DNA from: Elusimicrobiota bacterium
Lineage (GTDB): Bacteria; Elusimicrobiota; Elusimicrobia; Elusimicrobiales; UBA9959
Length of the DNA stretch: 39,945 nucleotides
Assembly (NCBI GenBank): GCA_037137395.1
Contig: JBAXKK010000015.1
Location: 1 to 39,945 of the forward strand
Direction: 5' to 3'
The notes under the pieces were generated by a model. That model was not told the origin of the DNA and did not search any database. It saw only the letters and a list, made by a program, of their open reading frames with translations. Numbering within the stretch: the first letter of the stretch is position 1; each line of letters opens with the position of its first letter. The position numbers and the translations under genes are program-made. Positions 25,822 to 34,812 of this stretch are shown here, piece by piece.

Positions 25822-27795
25822 CTATTCGTAGCGCAGGGCTTCAATAGGGTCAAGCATGGCGGCGCGAAGCGCTGGCCAGAAGCCGAAACCTACGCCTATC
25901 AGGCTTGAGAACGTGAAGGCGAAAGTAACGGTGCCCGCGCCAAGGGTCGGCGGCACCTTGATGAACAGATACATCAGCCATCCCAGCCCTACGCCCAGGC
26001 CTATGCCCATGGCGCCTCCGATAAGGCAAAGCACAACGGCCTCTATCAAAAATTGGCTCAGGATATCAGAGTTCTTCGCGCCCATAGCTTTTCGGAGGCC
26101 TATCTCCCGCGTGCGCTCGGTTACGCTGACCAGCATTATATTCATAATGCCGATGCCGCCGACCAAAAGCGAGATGCCGGCTATGCCGTAGACCACCAGG
26201 GAAAGCTGGCCCATTTTTTCCTTAAACAAAGCTATCTGAGCCTCAAAAGTTTTAACGTCAAAGTCGTCATCCTTGTCGTCGCGGAGCCCGCGCTCTTTGC
26301 GCAGGGCCATGATTATCTGCCGGCGGGTCTCCGGAGCGTCGGCCGGGGTCGGTGCCACCACCTCCACATAATCCAGGCGGGCGGAGCCAAAGACGCGCTT
26401 CGAGGCGGTGTTGAGCGGGATATAGGCTGTCGGGCGGCCGCCGAAGATCTGTTCGGCCTGATTGTCCTCGGCTACGCCCACGACAGTGAACGTGATGTCC
26501 TTAAGGCGCAGCTCACTGTTTACCGCCGATTCCGAGCCGAATAATGTCTTAGCGAGGGTCTGGTTTATGACCACCACGCGCGCGCGGCTTATGTTTTCGG
26601 CCGGAGTGAAAAAGCGTCCCTGCAGATTACGGTTCTCAAAAATTTTCTTTTTGGCTTTTTGAGCCTCCGGCGTGAAACCTTCGCGGCTCTGAATGTCGGC
26701 GTCCACGTGTTTGCTGCCGGCTGATGCCTGGGCGGCGCCTGAGACGATGGGTGTTATCTTTTCCGCCAGGGGGGCGCCGGACCGTATAGCCTCCACATCG
26801 GCGTAGGTAAGGCGGCGCGTCGGCTTAAGGTGTTCGTGCCGCGCCATTACCCAGACTTTTTTAGCGTCGTCTTCGGTGGCGCCGCTTAGCAGGCTCTTCA
26901 TAAAGCCTTCGCTTATCGTCATGAGAGAAATAATGGCGCCCACGCCGATGAAGATGCCGAGTATGGTCAGGGCGCTGCGCATTTTGTGGCTCCAGATAGC
27001 TTTAAACGCCACTTTAAATTGTTCGCCTATTTCTGAGGGCGTGAAGCCCAGCCGCGCTTTGGGCAGCTGCGCGGCGCGGACTCCGTGGGCGGCGGCCTGC
27101 GCCGTTCCGTGGGCGGCGGCGCGAATTTCATCTGACACTATCTCCCCGTCTTTCATGCGCACCACCCGGCGGGTCTGCGCGGAAACTTCTTCGTCGTGAG
27201 TGACGATTATCACCGTAAGCCCGCTGGCGTTCAGGTCCTTTATAACGCCCATTACTTCTTCTCTGGATTTCGCGTCAAGATTGCCGGTGGGTTCGTCGGC
27301 CAGAACTATCAGCGGGTCGTTTACCAGCGCGCGGGCTATGGCCACGCGCTGGCCCTGCCCCCCGGAGAGTTCATTTGATTTATGCTTTACCCGGTCGGCG
27401 AGGCCTACGAGGCGCAGGCACTCAAGGGCTTTTTTTGAGTCGGCACCCAGCCCGCTGTATACCATGGGCAGCATGACATTATCTTTTGCCGTGGTCCTTT
27501 TTAAAAGATGGAAAGACTGAAATATGAATCCTACCATGCGGCTACGGATGGCTGCCAGCTGCCCTTCGTCCAGGCTGGCCGTCGGATGGCCTATGAAAAA
27601 ATATTCGCCTTCGTCGGGCCGGTCAAGGAAGCCCATTATGTGCAGCAAGGTGGATTTGCCGGACCCCGACGGACCGACCAGGGATATCAGCTCCCCGGAC
27701 CTTACCTGTAGAGAAACTTCTTTTAACGCCTCTACTTTAAATGAGCCGGTAATATAGGTCTTTGAGACCTTGCGGATGTCTATCAGGGTTGCCAT
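25822..27795 (-). CDS. macB: MacB-like ABC transporter (ATPase-permease fusion)
   Basis: [46 protein letters not shown] and [21 protein letters not shown]. Confidence 0.9.
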   Translation of the reverse strand: MATLIDIRKVSKTYITGSFKVEALKEVSLQVRSGELISLVGPSGSGKSTLLHIMGFLDRPDEGEYFFIGHPTASLDEGQLAAIRSRMVGFIFQSFHLLKRTTAKDNVMLPMVYSGLGADSKKALECLRLVGLADRVKHKSNELSGGQGQRVAIARALVNDPLIVLADEPTGNLDAKSREEVMGVIKDLNASGLTVIIVTHDEEVSAQTRRVVRMKDGEIVSDEIRAAAHGTAQAAAHGVRAAQLPKARLGFTPSEIGEQFKVAFKAIWSHKMRSALTILGIFIGVGAIISLMTISEGFMKSLLSGATEDDAKKVWVMARHEHLKPTRRLTYADVEAIRSGAPLAEKITPIVSGAAQASAGSKHVDADIQSREGFTPEAQKAKKKIFENRNLQGRFFTPAENISRARVVVINQTLAKTLFGSESAVNSELRLKDITFTVVGVAEDNQAEQIFGGRPTAYIPLNTASKRVFGSARLDYVEVVAPTPADAPETRRQIIMALRKERGLRDDKDDDFDVKTFEAQIALFKEKMGQLSLVVYGIAGISLLVGGIGIMNIMLVSVTERTREIGLRKAMGAKNSDILSQFLIEAVVLCLIGGAMGIGLGVGLGWLMYLFIKVPPTLGAGTVTFAFTFSSLIGVGFGFWPALRAAMLDPIEALRYE

Positions 27796-27796
27796 A

Positions 27797-28756
27797 TTAG
27801 TGGAAGAATCTGGCGCTTTCTTTGGCTATGCCCGTGGAGTAATAAACCGTGTCAGCATCGCTCAGGCCGGACAGGATCTCTATAGTGGCTTCGTTGGTTG
27901 CCCCGGTTTCAACCTTTTTGTCGGCCACTTTTTTTCCGTTTTCGTCTTTCATGGTAACAAAAGCGTCGCCGTCCTTATAGGCTATGGCTTTCTTCGGCAG
28001 GTAAAGGGCTTTTGATTTCACGTCGGTTATAACTCGCACATCGGCTGTCATGCCCGATCGAAGAACCGGGATATTCTTTACGGACAGGATCTTAACCTCG
28101 TAAACCGTCACGCCTTCCTTGAGGACGGATTCGCGCGCGATGGACAGCACGTTCCCCTCGTATTTATCCCTGGGAAAAGAATCAAGGTAGAATTCGGCCT
28201 TCTGCCCTTCTTTCACGCTGCCGATATCGGTTTCGTCAACATAGGTTTTGATAATCAGGCGGTCTGATATCACCGCTATCTCTCTGGCCGCGCTGACCGA
28301 TTGGCCCGGCTCCACAGCGCGTTTTATGACCATGCCGTTTATGGGGGCGACTACAGGAGTGAGATTGTAAGCTTCCTCCACCATTTTCTTTTCTTCGGGG
28401 GTGGACTCTTTCATCTTCAGGGAATCTAAAAGCGCGGTTCGCTCGCTTGAGCTTATCCAGGCCAGGATCTGTCCTTTTTCCATCAGGTCCCCTTCGCGGA
28501 ACAGGACATCCTCCGCCCGGCCGTTTACGGATGGCGTGACCAGGACGCGGTTCTCGGGTTCAACTATCCCGATGGCCTGGATTTTTATGATAAACGAGCC
28601 CCTGGCGACCTTTACGGGGGACAGGTCTTCCAGCTTTTTTAGCTCCTTCACGGTCTGGCTGTGCCTGTAAATCGCCCAGCCTCCGCCGGCCGCGCCAGCG
28701 AGGATAACGGCGAATATAAATTTATTGGTCCTAAAAAAACTTTTCTTCATGATCAT
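27797..28756 (-). CDS. MacA-like periplasmic adaptor with a very short hairpin
   Basis: N-terminal TM, lipoyl halves EGDLMEKGQIL and VAPINGMV, VDETDIGSVKEGQ and LRSGMTA. Confidence 0.85.
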   Translation of the reverse strand: MIMKKSFFRTNKFIFAVILAGAAGGGWAIYRHSQTVKELKKLEDLSPVKVARGSFIIKIQAIGIVEPENRVLVTPSVNGRAEDVLFREGDLMEKGQILAWISSSERTALLDSLKMKESTPEEKKMVEEAYNLTPVVAPINGMVIKRAVEPGQSVSAAREIAVISDRLIIKTYVDETDIGSVKEGQKAEFYLDSFPRDKYEGNVLSIARESVLKEGVTVYEVKILSVKNIPVLRSGMTADVRVITDVKSKALYLPKKAIAYKDGDAFVTMKDENGKKVADKKVETGATNEATIEILSGLSDADTVYYSTGIAKESARFFH

Positions 28757-29994
28757 TCTCCCAGTGAATTAACGAACGCTGCGTGAGCGACAATAAGATC
28801 CCGTTTGGCCGATAAAAGCTGGTTTTCAGCGTTGATGAGCTGGTCTTCAACATTGCGCCATTCGAAGTAGGAGGCCTGCCCGGCCAGGTATTGTTTGCGC
28901 AGCAGCCAGGCTCGCGCCGCGGCCGCTTCCAGAGATGCCTTTACCACATCCGTATACGACCAGGCCTGCCGCCAGGTCAGGAAGGCGTCTTCCGCGGTCA
29001 GATGTACCGCGTCTTCGGCGTCTTTAAGGGAAGACTCAGCGAGAGATCTGTCCGCGCGCGCGGCCCTCAGGTCCGCTGAAAGCTTGCCGCTGGTGAATAG
29101 CGGGAGTGACAGGCTGACGCCGGCCGACCAGTTTTTATTCTTATAGGGCCAGTCGGAGCCTTCCCAGGTGTAATTGCCATTCGCGGCGGCTTGCGGCAGA
29201 AACCCGCTTACGGAACGGTCCACGGCGGCCTGGGCTATCTCAAGCGCCGCAAGAGCCGATAGCCGGGACGGGTGACGCTCCAGCGTGTCGGGAAAAGAAC
29301 CGAAATCTTCAGGTGGCGCGGGGGGCTCCGGCAATTCCGACACCAGAGTGACGAATATAGGCGAGCGCGCAAGCAGGCGGTTTAATCTGCGTTCGATAAG
29401 GCGCAGGTCTTTTTTATAGTTTTCATTCTGCCATACCGCTATCTTGTATATTGATCGGGTTTCCAGCAGCGCGGCCTTGTTCTCGCGGCCGGCTTCATAC
29501 TTTATGCGGATAATCTCCACATTTTCGGCCCGGCGTTTAAGTGTTTCGCTGGAAAGTTTCAACGCTTCGCGGGCTTTCGTGAGATCGGCGAAAACGGTTT
29601 TAAGGCTGTATAACAGTCCGGATTTTACGAGGCTGAAATCGGCCTGGGCTTTGCGGTAAGAGGCCGCCGCGGAACGGGTGGCTGCCGGCAGTGCGGGGGA
29701 GAATAGCGGTTGGGAAGCCAGGAAACCATAGGAATAGGATTCATCCGTAAAAACGAAGTCCCCTCCGACGCGGCTATAGTCGGCCTTGGCTGAAAACTGC
29801 GGGTAAAGGCCGGCGCGATAAAAGGTCAGGCGGCTGCGGGCGGCATCCACGGCGCTGCCGGCTGCGGCGCTAGCCGGGTTGTTCAGGAGCAGCAGTTTAG
29901 AAGCTTCTTCAAATCTGAGAGGGGCGGTTTCCTGCGCGTAGGCACCTGGCGGAGATAAAAATAAAACGATGGCCAAAGCGTGAAGCGGTTTCAT
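28753..29994 (-). CDS. TolC-family outer-membrane efflux protein
   Basis: Signal peptide MKPLHALAIVLF from ATG 29994 and two OEP repeats (YPQFSA/FLPQAAA, SLSLPLFTSG, YEAG/YLAG). The 54 extra N-terminal residues in the track come from the MITE. Confidence 0.88.
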   Translation of the reverse strand: MKPLHALAIVLFLSPPGAYAQETAPLRFEEASKLLLLNNPASAAAGSAVDAARSRLTFYRAGLYPQFSAKADYSRVGGDFVFTDESYSYGFLASQPLFSPALPAATRSAAASYRKAQADFSLVKSGLLYSLKTVFADLTKAREALKLSSETLKRRAENVEIIRIKYEAGRENKAALLETRSIYKIAVWQNENYKKDLRLIERRLNRLLARSPIFVTLVSELPEPPAPPEDFGSFPDTLERHPSRLSALAALEIAQAAVDRSVSGFLPQAAANGNYTWEGSDWPYKNKNWSAGVSLSLPLFTSGKLSADLRAARADRSLAESSLKDAEDAVHLTAEDAFLTWRQAWSYTDVVKASLEAAAARAWLLRKQYLAGQASYFEWRNVEDQLINAENQLLSAKRDLIVAHAAFVNSLGE

Positions 29995-30180
29995 TAACCT
30001 GAAAACTTCAGTTGAAGTTTTCCGCCCGTATAACGGGCGCCCTTCGGGAGGAATGCACCCCGTCGGGCCTGTCGCGCATAGCGCTTGGCCCTCCGCCCAC
30101 TTCGCGGGGAATCCTGCAGAATAATTTTGTTCCACTGATTTATCTATGGTGATCATCCTGAACTGCAGGATTCGGGTTAA
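29994..30180 (-). mobile_element. MITE copy 2 (179-bp core 29998-30176, TTAA target duplication)
   Basis: Inverted copy of 12383-12559 with TTAA at 29994-29997 and 30177-30180. The ends CCTGAAAACTTCAGTT and CCCGAATCCTGCAGTT match at 12 of 16 positions. Confidence 0.8.
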
Positions 30181-30204
30181 CGGATATTGTACAAAATCGC
30201 GGCT

Positions 30205-31104
30205 TCAGCCAAGGATAGCTTTAAGAAAGCCTTTATGTTTTTTGATGAGGAGACGCGCCTTGTTCACGTCTATATCGCGCCGCGCCATTACGATGGCGGT
30301 TTTGACGTCGTTGCCTGTAATATTCAGGAGCCTGCGGGCCTCGTCCTGCGGCACTTCGCCCACAGTGGCCGTGATGCGTTCAGCGCGCAGGACAAGTTTC
30401 TGTGAGGTGGTTTTGACATCCACCATCCAGTTGCGGTAGACCTTTCCGCTTATGATCATGGCTGAAGTGGTCAGCATATTTAGTGCCAGCTTTGTGGCCG
30501 TGCCTGATTTCATGCGGGTTGAGCCTGAGATCGGTTCAGGCCCCACGGCCAGAGCCACAACGACGCGCGCTTCCGGGGTCCGTTCCCCGGGATTGCATGT
30601 TATAAGCACGGTGCCGGCCCCGGCTTTTTTGCCCGCTGATAGCCCGCCTTTTACGTAGGGGGTGACTCCGCTGGCCGCGATGCCTATAACCGCATCGCCT
30701 TTTTTTACCAGCTTATTTATTTCCTTGAAGCCGTTCTCGAAAACATCTTCAGCGCCTTCTTTTGAATGAAAAACCGCCATCTGTCCTCCGGACATAAGCG
30801 CCTGGAATCGCTCCGGCTCCACTCCGTAGGTGGGGGGGAGTTCGGCGGCTTCAAGCACACCAAGACGTCCGCTGGTTCCCGCGCCGATAAAAAACACGCT
30901 GCCGCCTTCAAGATACACCTTTGAAATTAAGCGGGCCGCTTTTTCTATGGAGGGGATGGATTTGCCTACCGCCCGGTGGATAAGGCTGTCTTCATAATTC
31001 AGTTTCTGCAATACGCGTTTTAAAGGGAGGCGGTCCAGGTCGCGGGTGCGGGGGTTGCTGGCCTCGGTCGGCAGAAGGGCATATCTTTTGAATTTATCAT
31101 TCAT
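30205..31104 (-). CDS. murQ: N-acetylmuramic acid 6-phosphate etherase
   Basis: LPTEASNP, GAGTSGRLGVLEAAELPPTYG, GIAASGVTPYV, GPEPISGSTRMKSGTATK. The real start is ATG 31104, downstream of GGAGG. Confidence 0.95.
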   Translation of the reverse strand: MNDKFKRYALLPTEASNPRTRDLDRLPLKRVLQKLNYEDSLIHRAVGKSIPSIEKAARLISKVYLEGGSVFFIGAGTSGRLGVLEAAELPPTYGVEPERFQALMSGGQMAVFHSKEGAEDVFENGFKEINKLVKKGDAVIGIAASGVTPYVKGGLSAGKKAGAGTVLITCNPGERTPEARVVVALAVGPEPISGSTRMKSGTATKLALNMLTTSAMIISGKVYRNWMVDVKTTSQKLVLRAERITATVGEVPQDEARRLLNITGNDVKTAIVMARRDIDVNKARLLIKKHKGFLKAILG

Positions 31105-31990
31105 ATACGGGGGAGTCCTCCGGCGGCGATTCTTCGGACGGGTTTTGCTCGTCCGGTTGGACAGGATCAGTGATGTCGGTCCGCGCGGCCTGAGTGGACG
31201 CTTCCACCACCTGGGGCAGCCGGGGATTCTTGAACCAGTCGAAGATTTTGCGGATATTGTATCTGGTGACCAGTTCACCGGCTCCGTAGCCCGCCGCCTC
31301 TATCATAGTGGTGACGTTTTCTTTGCCGCATTTAAGCTTGGCGATGTCGTTTAAAAGCTGGAATTCCTTGTATTGTCTCGCGCGGTTTGCGCCGGCCATC
31401 AGAAGCAACGGCCGCTTGCCGTAAGCGTAAAGCGGATTGACCGAAAGGACATCGTTAACGTTCAGGGCCGGAGAAAAAGTAGCGGCCATGGATATTTCCG
31501 GGTGTATGGCGGCGGCTTTAATCGCCAGATTCGCGCCAAGCCCCGATCCGGCCAAAATTATATTATCGCCGGTCACGCTGTTTGTGGACAGATACGCCAG
31601 GGCCGCCTCTACGTCACGGATCATCTTATTGAATTCGTTATTAGGGCCGCTGACGGCGAAGGTTTTATAGGTAGTGGTGGAACCGCTGGCTGTTACGAAA
31701 CTGTTGCCATGGCCCCGGAGGTCCATGGCGATATAGCCGTAGCCGTAGCGCTTGAGATAGTCGAACCAGAGCTTCCATTCGTTCAGGTCGTTCTTTTGGC
31801 TGTGGATCAACACTACGGTGGGGGCTTTGTCGGCTGCCCTGAGATAACGCGCGTTCAGCCTCCAGCCGTCATCCGTGGTTAGCGTGACACGTTCCTCAAC
31901 TCTTGGTTCGTCCATGGTCTGGGCGTTGAGCATCCCCGAGATGAAGAAAACAGAAATAAATAAAAGCGGTCTGAATTTCATAAAACTCAT
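31097..31990 (-). CDS. Secreted alpha/beta-hydrolase-fold protein with degenerate triad
   Basis: Signal peptide, TTDDGWRL, MDLRGHGNS, DVEAAL and elbow AGSGLGAN. Confidence 0.8.
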   Translation of the reverse strand: MSFMKFRPLLFISVFFISGMLNAQTMDEPRVEERVTLTTDDGWRLNARYLRAADKAPTVVLIHSQKNDLNEWKLWFDYLKRYGYGYIAMDLRGHGNSFVTASGSTTTYKTFAVSGPNNEFNKMIRDVEAALAYLSTNSVTGDNIILAGSGLGANLAIKAAAIHPEISMAATFSPALNVNDVLSVNPLYAYGKRPLLLMAGANRARQYKEFQLLNDIAKLKCGKENVTTMIEAAGYGAGELVTRYNIRKIFDWFKNPRLPQVVEASTQAARTDITDPVQPDEQNPSEESPPEDSPVYE

Positions 31991-32078
31991 ATTTTATCGG
32001 CGGGCCGGAAGACCGGAGGAACAGGGGGGTGGCTTTCAAAGATTTTGGATTTTACAGCGGGCCCCCTCCGCTATTCTT

Positions 32079-32558
32079 CTAATCCTCCAGTATTTCTCCG
32101 GGATTAAACCAAATTTTGATCTCGCGGTCCGCCTCTTCCGGATTGCCTGACGCGTGCACCACATTCTCGTAATAGCCGTGTTTGTGGCAAATGCGGCCGA
32201 AGGCTCCGCGTATCGTTCCGGGCGCGGCGTCCTCCGGGTCGGTTGCCCCTACTACGGCGCGCACGCCCTTTACGGCGTTTTCACCCTGATAAACCAAGGC
32301 CAGCACCCGGCGTTTTGTCGCACGGTGAAAGTCGCCCTTGATAAAGCTTATCAGCTGCTCAAATTTTTCTTTTGCCGCAAAAACGCCATGACCTTCAAGC
32401 AGGGCGTAGTGCTCGCGCGCCAATTTGTCGGTTACGGAAATCATTTTCGCGCCAATCATTTCAAAGCCGGAGTTATCCAGACGGTCTATGGCGAGGCCGG
32501 CAAGCTTGCGCTTCATGCCATCGGGTTTTATGATTACGAGGGTTTTTTCTATGGGCAT
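32079..32558 (-). CDS. ndk: Nucleoside diphosphate kinase
   Basis: EKTLVIIKPDG, GATDP..A.PGTIRG and catalytic NVVHAS. Confidence 0.95.
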   Translation of the reverse strand: MPIEKTLVIIKPDGMKRKLAGLAIDRLDNSGFEMIGAKMISVTDKLAREHYALLEGHGVFAAKEKFEQLISFIKGDFHRATKRRVLALVYQGENAVKGVRAVVGATDPEDAAPGTIRGAFGRICHKHGYYENVVHASGNPEEADREIKIWFNPGEILED

Positions 32559-32859
32559 TATGGCTCCTTGACTGCCGGTTTAAGAATAGTGCGAAGCAAT
32601 CTGGACGCAAAATAGTTTGGCCGGACAGACGGCATACTGGTGTCGCCTCTAAACTGTTTTGCCTCCGCACCTCTGTTTTTGGTTAGGAATATATTACTTT
32701 TTAAAAAGCAAAATGAAAACCTAAAAAACAAACAATAGCCAGGCACTTGTTTTTGTCTCCGTAAATCTTGTAAAATCCTTTGTATCCTTAGCGAAAGTGG
32801 TTGTCGTTTGGTATCTATTTTTAAGCGCCGCGCGCGGCGATTCTGTTAGCGGGGGAATT

Positions 32860-33243
32860 ATGTCAAAAGTAATGGTGATTGACGACGAGAAAGATGTGGT
32901 GTACCTTCTAAAGGTTCTGATGGAGCGCGAGCAGTTTGAGGTGACGGAAGCCTTCAACGGCCTTGAAGCCTATAACAAGCTCACCGGCCCCGCGGTAGAC
33001 AAAATCATTCCCGACGTCATCATCCTTGACATCATGATGCCCGAGATGGACGGCTACACCTTCCAGTCCAAGCTTCAGGAGATAGATGGCCTCAGCGGTA
33101 TCCCCATTATCATTCTGACCGCCAAAGGCCAGATGAAGGACCTTTTTGAGAACTCCAATAACATCTTCGCTTTTGTGGAAAAACCGTTTGAGCCCAGGGA
33201 CCTCGTAAAAAAAGTCAAGGACGCCATAGCCTCAAAAAAATGA
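32860..33243 (+). CDS. Single-domain response regulator (CheY-like)
   Basis: VMVIDDE, ILDIMMPEMDG, ILTAK and VEKPF. GGGGG SD; the stop overlaps the lysS start (ATGA). Confidence 0.92.
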   Translation: MSKVMVIDDEKDVVYLLKVLMEREQFEVTEAFNGLEAYNKLTGPAVDKIIPDVIILDIMMPEMDGYTFQSKLQEIDGLSGIPIIILTAKGQMKDLFENSNNIFAFVEKPFEPRDLVKKVKDAIASKK

Positions 33244-34730
33244 GCCAAAACGCACTCACCGAAATCGTAAGCAATAACTACGCTAAAATAAAAAACCTCA
33301 GGGACAGGGGCATAGACCCGTTCCCCCATCGTTTTGCGGTAACATATAAAATTTCCGAGGCGCGCAAACTGCCGGACCAGACGCATGTCGTCTGCGCCGG
33401 CCGGATGATGCTTATGCGCGTCATGGGGAAGGCCACTTTCGGTCAGTTAAAGGATGGCACCGGCAGGATCCAGTTTTATGTGAAAAAGGACGTCGTGGGC
33501 GAAGAGGCCTATGATATTTTCAGAAAAAATAACAATGTCGGTGACTTTCTGGGAGTGGAGGGAAAACTTTTCCTCACCCATACCAATGAACTTACCATCA
33601 ATGTAGAGAAGCTCACCATACTTTCCAAGGCCGTGAGGCCTCTCCCCGAGAAGTGGCACGGCCTGACAGATCCCGAGACCCGCTACCGTGAGCGCTACCT
33701 GGACCTCATCTCAAACGAGGAAACCCGGGGTATTTTTATCAAGCGGGCGCAGATAATTTCGACCATTCGCCGCGTTTTGGACGGAGACGGCTACCTTGAG
33801 GTTGAAACGCCCGTCCTGGGCTCCCAGGCGGGAGGGGCTTCCGCCCGGCCGTTTATAACCTTTCACAACATGTACAAGACCGAACTCTATATGCGCATCG
33901 CCACCGAGCTACCGCTTAAAAAGTTGGTCATCGGCGGCTACGACGGGGTTTACGAGATAGGCCGTATCTTCCGCAATGAGGGAATAGACACGCGGCATAA
34001 CCCGGAATTTACCACGCTCGAGGCCTACAGGGCCTATACGGACTATAACGGCATGGCCGCGCTGGTCGAGCAAATTTTTGCCAGCTGCGCTGAGCTCATG
34101 GGTGTGGAAACCATTGATTACAACGGCATAAAGATAGGGCTCAAGCCGCCCTTCAAGCGCATATCCCTGCCCGAAGTCTGGAAGGCCAAGGTTGGCGAGG
34201 ATATCCACGAGATTCTGTTGGGCAAGGCCTTCAACCGCCCCAATCTTTGCAAGCTCGCCGCCAAACTTCACATAGAGCACGGAGACGGCACTCCTTCGGC
34301 CAAGATTTTTGAGCGCATTTTCGACGAGAATATCCAGACCAGCCTGGAACAACCCACTTTCGTCATGGATTATCCGACCGCGATAACCCCGCTGGCCAAG
34401 TGCAAGGCGGGGGACGAATCCTTGGTGGAACGTTTTGAATTCTTCGCCGGCTATGAGGAAGTTGCCAACGCTTATACCGAGCTTAATGACCCCGAAGACC
34501 AGAAGGGCCGTCTGTTGGAACAGGTCCGTCAGCGCGACGAGGAAAAGAACTCGGAGACCGATGTTCTGGATAATGATTTTATTGAAGCTATGGAATACGG
34601 TATGCCCCCGATGGGCGGCATAGGCATCGGCATAGACCGCATGACCATGCTTTTTTCCGGAAAACCGTCAATCCGGGAAGTCATACTTTTTCCGCTGTTG
34701 AAACCGTCCGACCAAGGGGAAAGGGTTTAG
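33240..34730 (+). CDS. lysS: Lysyl-tRNA synthetase, class II
   Basis: LPEKWHGL.D.E.RYR.RYLDL, FRNEGID..HNPEFT, ERFE and GMPPMGGIGIGIDR. Confidence 0.97.
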   Translation: MSQNALTEIVSNNYAKIKNLRDRGIDPFPHRFAVTYKISEARKLPDQTHVVCAGRMMLMRVMGKATFGQLKDGTGRIQFYVKKDVVGEEAYDIFRKNNNVGDFLGVEGKLFLTHTNELTINVEKLTILSKAVRPLPEKWHGLTDPETRYRERYLDLISNEETRGIFIKRAQIISTIRRVLDGDGYLEVETPVLGSQAGGASARPFITFHNMYKTELYMRIATELPLKKLVIGGYDGVYEIGRIFRNEGIDTRHNPEFTTLEAYRAYTDYNGMAALVEQIFASCAELMGVETIDYNGIKIGLKPPFKRISLPEVWKAKVGEDIHEILLGKAFNRPNLCKLAAKLHIEHGDGTPSAKIFERIFDENIQTSLEQPTFVMDYPTAITPLAKCKAGDESLVERFEFFAGYEEVANAYTELNDPEDQKGRLLEQVRQRDEEKNSETDVLDNDFIEAMEYGMPPMGGIGIGIDRMTMLFSGKPSIREVILFPLLKPSDQGERV

Positions 34731-34808
34731 GGTTGAGGGGATAGGGGTTAGGTAAAGACTCCTTTATTTCTGTACCCTCCACCCATTACCCTTAACCCTA
34801 TACCCCTT
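34716..34808. repeat. G-rich/C-rich heptamer inverted repeat
   Basis: GGGTTTA GGGTTGA GGGGATA GGGGTTA, a spacer, then TACCCTC CACCCAT TACCCTT AACCCTA TACCCCT. Confidence 0.75.
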
Positions 34809-34812
34809 ACTT

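Noticed and set aside
29995..30156. 54-aa N-terminal extension of TolC, and the 12372-12563 ORF, as real proteins
   Set aside because: Both are translations of the MITE; the signal peptide begins at 29994.
31105..31278. N-terminal extension of MurQ in the ORF track
   Set aside because: It overlaps the upstream gene in another frame; the SD and homology start at 31104.
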